Of a stretch of DNA of 42,362 nucleotides, positions 34,985 through 40,746 are shown in pieces. Location of the stretch: assembly GCA_946532885.1 (NCBI GenBank), contig CAMNBP010000001.1, positions 1 through 42,362 on the forward strand, written 5' to 3'. The position numbers were made by a program, and so were the translations under genes. The DNA comes from an uncultured Candidatus Saccharibacteria bacterium. Lineage in GTDB: Bacteria > Patescibacteriota > Saccharimonadia > Saccharimonadales > Saccharimonadaceae. The notes beneath the pieces were generated by a model. The model ran no database searches. It saw only the letters and a list, made by a program, of their open reading frames with translations, and was not told the DNA's origin. Each line of letters opens with the position of its first letter. The stretch's first letter is position 1.

Positions 34985-35014
34985 ATTTTAGCATATTTCA
35001 CCCCTAATTGTCAA
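34985..35014 (-). promoter_or_regulatory. Sigma-70-type promoter for rplC (TTGACA-18-TAAAAT, minus strand)
   Basis: -35 at 35014-35009, -10 at 34990-34985, in the gap created by the opposite-strand insertion. Confidence 0.5.
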
Positions 35015-35042
35015 CAACTTCGTCAACGTTTAGCTGATGCGA

Positions 35043-35048
35043 TATACT
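35043..35048 (+). promoter_or_regulatory. -10 box (TATACT); predicted leaderless transcript for the 656-aa orphan
   Basis: Exactly 6 nt (AGTTTT) before ATG35055. Confidence 0.4.
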
Positions 35049-35054
35049 AGTTTT

Positions 35055-37025
35055 ATGAAAGAGTCTTTTTCTTACATCCCAGAAGATGATACTCCTACCG
35101 ATGAGCCTCAGCCGCAGGAAGGTTTCGTTATTGAGCCCGAGATGCCAGAATTTGGCGGTAGTCTTGATGACGTTGACTGGGATGACGTTGATTGGGGCAA
35201 GGTAGAATTTGATGGTTCTTCATTTGGTCCCTTCGCACAAAGAAGCGAATCGCAGCCGACGACTCCGGAAACTGTCGAAAAGCCGGAATATATATTCTTT
35301 AATCCCGACATTGAGGCCGATGAAAATGTTCGCAGGCTCTTCATGAAATACCTGAACGAAAACTCAATTGAGACCGACAAATCAAATGATGCTATCGAGT
35401 TATGTATTCGTCTTTGTAGTCAGCTTGGCATACATTCTTCTGATGCAGACGCCATGATGCATAAGCTTGCTGAAGCTGACATGGATTCCGTCAATAAAAT
35501 TTTCGATAGTTTTGGTTATTTTAATAGTCGTTTTGCGGAAATGAATCAAGACTCTTTCGATGATTCGCATAGGTTCCCAAACAATGCGTTAATTTCGTTT
35601 ATTAATCATTGGGATGGTAGCTTTGATCAAAATGATATGGCGAGGCGCTTCATGGATGGCATGGTTGCGGTTTCGAACGCCCCAAGAGAAGAAGGTCGTA
35701 GTGCGTCTAGTTATTTGGATACGGCCCTGGAATTCGCTGAGCGAAGCGGAGATCCGGATGTGTTTGATGGCTATATCGATGTCACGAAAGATTTAATTGG
35801 CAGACCAGAAAACTATATTAATGGCGTAAGATATCATCGAAAGACTGATATATTGGAACTTTACGGCGTTAATCATGGGCTAGATATGGGGAGATTGGTG
35901 GCCTTTAGGGATAGAGTCTTCCCAATGATCGACCAAAACGATCCAAACGTCGAATCGCTCATGAAGGCTTCGAACTCTTTTGGCTCGTCGCCCGATACTT
36001 TTGGTATTTCGGATTTTACTATTCATTGCCTAGTGCTAGACGCTAACCCGAGGAACATTCGTGACCTGATGCAGATTTATCGCGAAATTCCTACGAGTGA
36101 CTTTGCGCGCTTCGAGCAAAACCGAAATGATGCTGCCGCCTTAATGGATATTCTTTGGCGAGGTCGTGATTTTATTCATGACGAACGTCCCGGCATTCAT
36201 GAATTGCTAGAAGCAATGGTCGCCTATTACGATTCAAAAGATAATCCCGAGCTGAACGACGAGGCGAAGAAACGCCTACAAACTATTGTTGATCAGCGTT
36301 TTGAATCTCACGATTATTATATGTATGGCGGTTTTGATGGCAAACTATGCATGGATCTGTCGAATTATGACCGTGAGGTGGTCAGAAATATTAATTATGG
36401 CTTCGAAACTCGGTACGATCATCAGCCCGCTATTGATGTTTTGCGTCGACTCGAGCAAAATACTCGGCAAACGTCTCTTGAAAAGCCTAAATGTGGCATC
36501 GAGAAGATTGATTCTATGATAGATAGACTGAAAGTTGTCGAATTTAATAATGGTGAGGTTGGCGTAAGCTTTAATGATACGGCCAGGATTATTGAGAAGT
36601 TTAATGAATATCTTGCCCAACATCAGGGCGAGACTTGCCTCGATCCAAAAATCGTCCAGAGCCTGTCTTATATGGAGAGGATGGCAACGTACGCGATGCG
36701 TGGCATCAGTAAAAAAGACTATGCTGAGCTAGCTTTTGATCCTGGGTTCAAGGAAATTTGCCGTTTTAGTGAATTGACTTCAGGCAATGACAACTATAGC
36801 AAGGAGGGCTTTGAGCAATTCTGGAATAGTTTTGTGTCTGAATTCTCAAAAGATTGGCCGAATAATATCGGAAGTAAGTATCAGCCACTCGTGTCACGAA
36901 CGAGGAATCGCGTCGGAAAACTTGCCGAAAGCTATAAATCTCAAGGCGCGCCACGTTATATGATAGATTCTCTTTGGTCAGGAAACCTAAACCATGAATT
37001 AGTGGGCTTGACCGATGAACGATAA
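35055..37025 (+). CDS. Large acidic cytoplasmic-looking hypothetical protein (orphan), about 656 aa
   Basis: Long uninterrupted ORF. Acidic N-terminus (DDVDWDDVDWGKVEFDG), helical-looking remainder, no TM or signal peptide and no motif I recognise. The start could also be 35037. Confidence 0.6.
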   Translation: MKESFSYIPEDDTPTDEPQPQEGFVIEPEMPEFGGSLDDVDWDDVDWGKVEFDGSSFGPFAQRSESQPTTPETVEKPEYIFFNPDIEADENVRRLFMKYLNENSIETDKSNDAIELCIRLCSQLGIHSSDADAMMHKLAEADMDSVNKIFDSFGYFNSRFAEMNQDSFDDSHRFPNNALISFINHWDGSFDQNDMARRFMDGMVAVSNAPREEGRSASSYLDTALEFAERSGDPDVFDGYIDVTKDLIGRPENYINGVRYHRKTDILELYGVNHGLDMGRLVAFRDRVFPMIDQNDPNVESLMKASNSFGSSPDTFGISDFTIHCLVLDANPRNIRDLMQIYREIPTSDFARFEQNRNDAAALMDILWRGRDFIHDERPGIHELLEAMVAYYDSKDNPELNDEAKKRLQTIVDQRFESHDYYMYGGFDGKLCMDLSNYDREVVRNINYGFETRYDHQPAIDVLRRLEQNTRQTSLEKPKCGIEKIDSMIDRLKVVEFNNGEVGVSFNDTARIIEKFNEYLAQHQGETCLDPKIVQSLSYMERMATYAMRGISKKDYAELAFDPGFKEICRFSELTSGNDNYSKEGFEQFWNSFVSEFSKDWPNNIGSKYQPLVSRTRNRVGKLAESYKSQGAPRYMIDSLWSGNLNHELVGLTDER

Positions 37026-37030
37026 ACATC

Positions 37031-37062
37031 AAAAAGCCGCCCCGTAATAGAGGCGGATTTTT
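37031..37062. terminator. Bidirectional terminator between the orphan gene and rpsJ (convergent)
   Basis: AAAAAGCCGCC-(CCGTAATAGA)-GGCGGATTTTT, with A-run and T-run on either side. Confidence 0.6.
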
Positions 37063-37068
37063 GAGATA

Positions 37069-37380
37069 TTACATCTTGATTTCAGCGTCAACGCCAGCTG
37101 GCAATGACAAGTTCTGAAGCGCATCGATGGTTTTTGGGGTTGCATCGATGACATCGATAAGGCGTTTGTGAACTTTCATTTCGAATGCTTCACCACCGGT
37201 CTTATAGACGTGTGGGCTCTTTACGACTGTGAAAGTTGAACGTTTGGTTGGAAGCGGTACTGGACCACTAACCTTTGCACCGGTGCGAATAGCGGTATCG
37301 ACGATTTGCTTTGCGCTCTGGTCGATAAGACGGTGATCGTAAGCCTTGAGGCGGATACGAATTTTGAGGCCTTCTGCCAT
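37069..37380 (-). CDS. rpsJ: 30S ribosomal protein S10
   Basis: [27 protein letters not shown].. from ATG37380 (SD AGAAAGGA). The track start adds 8 residues. Confidence 0.95.
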   Translation of the reverse strand: MAEGLKIRIRLKAYDHRLIDQSAKQIVDTAIRTGAKVSGPVPLPTKRSTFTVVKSPHVYKTGGEAFEMKVHKRLIDVIDATPKTIDALQNLSLPAGVDAEIKM

Positions 37381-37472
37381 TTTTGTCCTTTCTGCTTTTT
37401 GCATAATCTCAGATGTCAGCTAGACGTGACGTCCATGAGTTTTTGCAAAACTATTATTAATTTTGTGTCCTA

Positions 37473-37501
37473 GTTATACCAAATATTATGCTTTTCGTCA
37501 A
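37473..37501 (-). promoter_or_regulatory. Sigma-70-type promoter for rpsJ (TTGACG-17-TATAAC, minus strand)
   Basis: -35 at 37501-37496, -10 at 37478-37473, downstream of the preceding gene's terminator. Confidence 0.45.
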
Positions 37502-37524
37502 ATATGCACGGATTTTTCCGCATG

Positions 37525-37554
37525 AAAAAGCCCCCGACGCTGAACGTCGAAGGC
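37525..37554 (-). terminator. Intrinsic terminator after the ManC-like gene
   Basis: Minus strand reads GCCTTCGACG-TTCAG-CGTCGGGGGC followed by TTTTT. Confidence 0.55.
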
Positions 37555-37568
37555 TCTCTCTGGATTGA

Positions 37569-38783
37569 TCAAATTTTGCCATTTTCTGCACGCTTTGACA
37601 CTGTGACCTGAATCGCGCCATTTCTTGCTTTGATTGCGCTGATGGATATGTAATCCATACCAACAAAGCTAACACGAATCTGGTCGGAGAAATTAGTTCT
37701 CTCCACGATACAGTTACGCGATTTTACGGAGTAATCGTTGGATAAGATACGTTTATTGCTGTGATAGTGGTCAACGAGCTGGCGTACCAGCTGGCATTCT
37801 TCATGTGCGACACATGCAACATACATTAAGCCGTCAATTTCGCTGACAACTACCGATCCGTCCTCGATGTCCGTAGCGTAAATTTCGACCCCTTCAGGCG
37901 CTATGAACAGCGATCCTAAACAATCCGTGCGGTCAACGTAGCCTTTGCCGAGGCTGGCATTGTGGTGGTTCGGCGTTTTTCTACTGACCTCCCACAAGGA
38001 CTTCAGCGTACCGCAGTCATGCCAATCGAATTCACCGATTGCCACGCGGAGCTCACCTAGTAATGTCATCAGATCGTCCGTGTTGATCTTGTCGCGTTCG
38101 AGGTCGATGTCTTTCGTAGCTCGAAGAATGGATTCCGCACTCCAGACATTAATGCCAGTGTTGCAGACGCTGTCATCTGCACGCATCATCTTCTTGGCGG
38201 TCTTCTCGTCGGGTTTCTCGACAAATCCAGTTACTCGACGGCAGAAGTCTTTACCTTCCGGATCGTAGAGTGCATGCCCGCAGCCAACGAAGGTCACCAG
38301 GTCACGAATCTTAACGCCAACGATAGTCGGGGCGTCGCTCTCAGCAGATCGAATTGCCAGCTTGACGCAATCGATAAAGCTATCGAAACCGTCTTCAGGG
38401 TTGATGTACTGGTCGCTCGGCGTATTGATGATAATAGCCCGAGAATCCTGTTCTGCGATGAACTCTGCAGCCTTAATCATGGCGCCAGCATAGCCATAGC
38501 TAGCTGAAATTTGATAGATGTTCGGCGTTATAATGCCGATAGGCATCAGCTGCTTGCGTGCGAGTTCGGTCTGGCGCTCATTGGTCGTGACAACGATGAC
38601 GTGATTCGGTTGTATTCCTATCTCATAGAACCGTTTGACGGTTGCCTGGATAAAGGTGTTGTCGTTGTCGAGCTGGCAGAATTGCTTCGGGCAATACTCG
38701 TTGCTGAGCGGGAAAAGTCTTGTGCCCTGCCCGCCTGCGATTACTGCCAGCCATAAGTGATTTGTGGTTTTTTCTTTGATCAT
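37569..38783 (-). CDS. NDP-sugar pyrophosphorylase, mannose-1-phosphate guanylyltransferase-like
   Basis: 404 aa; LAVIAGGQGTRLFPLS (GxGTRLxPLS), CPKQF, FVEKPDEKTAKKM, NTGINVW, FDWHDCGTLKSLWE. Confidence 0.75.
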   Translation of the reverse strand: MIKEKTTNHLWLAVIAGGQGTRLFPLSNEYCPKQFCQLDNDNTFIQATVKRFYEIGIQPNHVIVVTTNERQTELARKQLMPIGIITPNIYQISASYGYAGAMIKAAEFIAEQDSRAIIINTPSDQYINPEDGFDSFIDCVKLAIRSAESDAPTIVGVKIRDLVTFVGCGHALYDPEGKDFCRRVTGFVEKPDEKTAKKMMRADDSVCNTGINVWSAESILRATKDIDLERDKINTDDLMTLLGELRVAIGEFDWHDCGTLKSLWEVSRKTPNHHNASLGKGYVDRTDCLGSLFIAPEGVEIYATDIEDGSVVVSEIDGLMYVACVAHEECQLVRQLVDHYHSNKRILSNDYSVKSRNCIVERTNFSDQIRVSFVGMDYISISAIKARNGAIQVTVSKRAENGKI

Positions 38784-38873
38784 AAAGAATCCCTCCCTTT
38801 CTTTGATCCAGATGTGAATGTACGATTATAGCCATAGACACAAAAAATGCCGTGGATTTACGACTATTTTTAT

Positions 38874-38902
38874 ATTATATCACAGATTTGAATATTTTGC
38901 AA
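38874..38902 (-). promoter_or_regulatory. Near-consensus promoter for the ManC-like gene (TTGCAA-17-TATAAT with TG extension, minus strand)
   Basis: -35 at 38902-38897, -10 at 38879-38874 (TGATATAAT). SD AGGGAGGG precedes ATG38783. Confidence 0.55.
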
Positions 38903-38916
38903 TACCAGACCAAAGC

Positions 38917-38949
38917 AAAAAATATCTCCCCGTTTCCGAGGAGATACTT
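38917..38949 (-). terminator. Terminator after tuf (shared-sequence hairpin, copy C)
   Basis: AAAAAATATCTCC-(CCGTTTCCGA)-GGAGATACTT. On the minus strand it is followed by TTTTTTG. Confidence 0.55.
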
Positions 38950-38965
38950 CGCGTTAAGATATCAA

Positions 38966-40147
38966 TTATTTGATGATCTTGGTAACGACGCCAGAACCGA
39001 CGGTGCGGCCACCTTCGCGGATAGCGAAGCGGTCATTGTCGTTCATAGCGATTGGGGCGTTGAGCTTAACCTTGAAGGTGACGGTATCGCCAGGCATGAC
39101 GATTTGGTCAGCTTTTTCGAGCTCGACTTCACCAGTAACATCCGTGGTACGGAAGTAGAATTGTGGCTTGTAACCATTCTGGAATGGAGTGTGGCGGCCA
39201 CCTTCTTCTTTCTTCAAGATGTAAACTTGGCCTTCGAATTCGGTGTGTGGGGTGATAGAACCCGGCTTGCAGATAACCTGGCCACGTTCGATCTGATCAC
39301 GCTCAATACCGCGGAGAAGAAGACCAGCGTTATCGCCAGCTTCACCTTCGTCGAGAGTCTTGTGGAAGGCTTCGATACCAGTAACAACTGATTTTTGAGT
39401 ATCGCGGATACCGACGATTTCGACTTCGTCGTTCAACTTAACGACACCTTGCTCGATACGGCCAGTAGCAACAGTACCACGACCCTTGATGGAGAAGACG
39501 TCTTCGATTGGCATCAAGAATGGCTTGTCGAGATCGCGTTGTGGAACCTCGAAGTATTCGTCCATAGCCTTGAGAAGATCCATGATAGCTTGTTCGTTTT
39601 CAGGATCACCCTCGAGAGCCTTGGTAGCAGAACCCTTGATGATTGGGCAGTTGCGATCAAAACCGTTCTTTTCGAGAAGGTCACGAACATCTTCTTCAAC
39701 GAGCTCAACGAGTTCTGGATCAGCGAGGTCCATCTTGTTGAGGAAGACGATGATCTTTGGCACGTTCACCTGGTGAGCCAAGAGGACGTGTTCACGAGTC
39801 TGTGGAAGTGGACCATCGTTTGCAGCGACGACGAGAATAGCGCCATCGATCTGAGCAGCACCAGTAATCATGTTCTTGATATAGTCGGCGTGGCCTGGCA
39901 TATCAACGTGAGCATAGTGACGGTTCTCAGTTTCGTATTCCTGGTGAGAAGTTGCGATGGTGATACCACGAGCTTTCTCTTCTGGTGCGTTATCGATTTG
40001 GTCGTAAGCGACTGGCTTGTTGATCTCGGAAGGAAGCTTCTTCGCGAGAACACTAGTAATAGCAGCCGTCAAAGTGGTTTTACCGTGGTCGACGTGACCC
40101 ATTGTACCGACGTTGACATGAGGCTTACTGCGGTCGAAATTTGCCAT
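38966..40147 (-). CDS. tuf: Elongation factor Tu
   Basis: [26 protein letters not shown].. from ATG40147 (393 aa). The track's upstream start adds 20 non-conserved residues. Confidence 0.97.
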   Translation of the reverse strand: MANFDRSKPHVNVGTMGHVDHGKTTLTAAITSVLAKKLPSEINKPVAYDQIDNAPEEKARGITIATSHQEYETENRHYAHVDMPGHADYIKNMITGAAQIDGAILVVAANDGPLPQTREHVLLAHQVNVPKIIVFLNKMDLADPELVELVEEDVRDLLEKNGFDRNCPIIKGSATKALEGDPENEQAIMDLLKAMDEYFEVPQRDLDKPFLMPIEDVFSIKGRGTVATGRIEQGVVKLNDEVEIVGIRDTQKSVVTGIEAFHKTLDEGEAGDNAGLLLRGIERDQIERGQVICKPGSITPHTEFEGQVYILKKEEGGRHTPFQNGYKPQFYFRTTDVTGEVELEKADQIVMPGDTVTFKVKLNAPIAMNDNDRFAIREGGRTVGSGVVTKIIK

Positions 40148-40221
40148 GTTTGGTATTTCTCCTTGTATTATGTTTAAAATTTTGGGCACTAATATTAACC
40201 AGCCCAAAGCTATATGTACTA

Positions 40222-40250
40222 ATTTTATACGATTTTGCGCCTTGTTGCAA
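40222..40250 (-). promoter_or_regulatory. Sigma-70-type promoter for tuf (TTGCAA-17-TAAAAT, minus strand)
   Basis: -35 at 40250-40245, -10 at 40227-40222. Confidence 0.5.
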
Positions 40251-40270
40251 GATATAAAAAGTGTTAAAAC

Positions 40271-40299
40271 TTGACTTTTTAAAGCACTAGTAGTATAAT
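40271..40299 (+). promoter_or_regulatory. Near-consensus sigma-70 promoter (TTGACT-17-TATAAT) for the small guest gene
   Basis: -35 at 40271-40276, -10 at 40294-40299, followed by SD AGGAGG (40341-40346) and ATG40353. Confidence 0.6.
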
Positions 40300-40352
40300 A
40301 TTAATACTAGCTATTTTGCAACGAATTCTAGCCTATAGAAAGGAGGCGCCAC

Positions 40353-40667
40353 ATGAGCGTCACTGAATTCATTAGCTCACTTGTAAAACCTAAGTCTTAC
40401 CACGTGTTTGGCATGAAGGTTAAAATCATCAGTCACGGCGTCGGCGTCGGATATGGTCACAAAGGTGTCGAAAAGACCGTCATCGTTGAGCCCGTTGATC
40501 CTATGCATCGACAGGAATGGGGCGACCGAATCCACGTTTGGTCCGATCGCGTATACAGCGAGTTCAGGGATGGCGATGAAGCCTTTCTGCCTTTTATGGA
40601 GAATCCCGACTACGACCCAAAAATCCTCGACAGCCAGAAAGTGGTGGTACGAAATGATTTGTTGTGA
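40353..40667 (+). CDS. Small (104-aa) hypothetical protein with its own strong expression signals
   Basis: ORF framed by a near-consensus promoter, a consensus SD and a terminator. No TM and no motif I recognise. Confidence 0.6.
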   Translation: MSVTEFISSLVKPKSYHVFGMKVKIISHGVGVGYGHKGVEKTVIVEPVDPMHRQEWGDRIHVWSDRVYSEFRDGDEAFLPFMENPDYDPKILDSQKVVVRNDLL

Positions 40668-40680
40668 AGCTAGCGTACCC

Positions 40681-40705
40681 GGCCCGGAAACGGGCCATTT
40701 TTATT
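40681..40705 (+). terminator. Intrinsic terminator after the small guest gene
   Basis: GGCCCG-GAAA-CGGGCC followed by ATTTTTATT. Confidence 0.65.
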
Positions 40706-40710
40706 GCATC

Positions 40711-40739
40711 AAAAAGACCCCCGAATGGAGGTCTTTTTT
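40711..40739 (-). terminator. Intrinsic terminator after fusA (also hairpin + T-run on the plus strand)
   Basis: Minus strand reads AGACCTCC-ATTC-GGGGGTCT followed by TTTT, 8 nt past the fusA stop. Confidence 0.6.
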
Positions 40740-40746
40740 AGTGCGA

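Noticed and set aside
37457-37675. 72-aa minus-strand ORF between the ManC-like gene and rpsJ
   Set aside because: It overlaps the 3' end of the ManC-like gene in another frame and runs through its terminator and the rpsJ promoter. Not protein-like.
28239-40207. Longer N-terminal starts given by the ORF track for rpsH, rpsE, rplC, rpsJ, tuf, the PPTase and the 9005 acyltransferase
   Set aside because: The extra residues overlap the upstream gene or a terminator and are absent from the conserved N-termini (for example MSIQTTDP.. for S8 and [10 protein letters not shown].. for EF-Tu). Internal ATGs with an SD or overlap coupling fit better.
26985-40667. Calling the guest genes horizontally transferred on G+C content alone
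   Set aside because: Hand counts of a few 60-nt lines give about 52-53% for the ThyX-like, ManC-like and small ORF, against about 43% for sampled r-protein and accessory lines. Sampled tuf lines are 53-62%. Local G+C therefore varies with expression and codon bias, and too little was counted to conclude.
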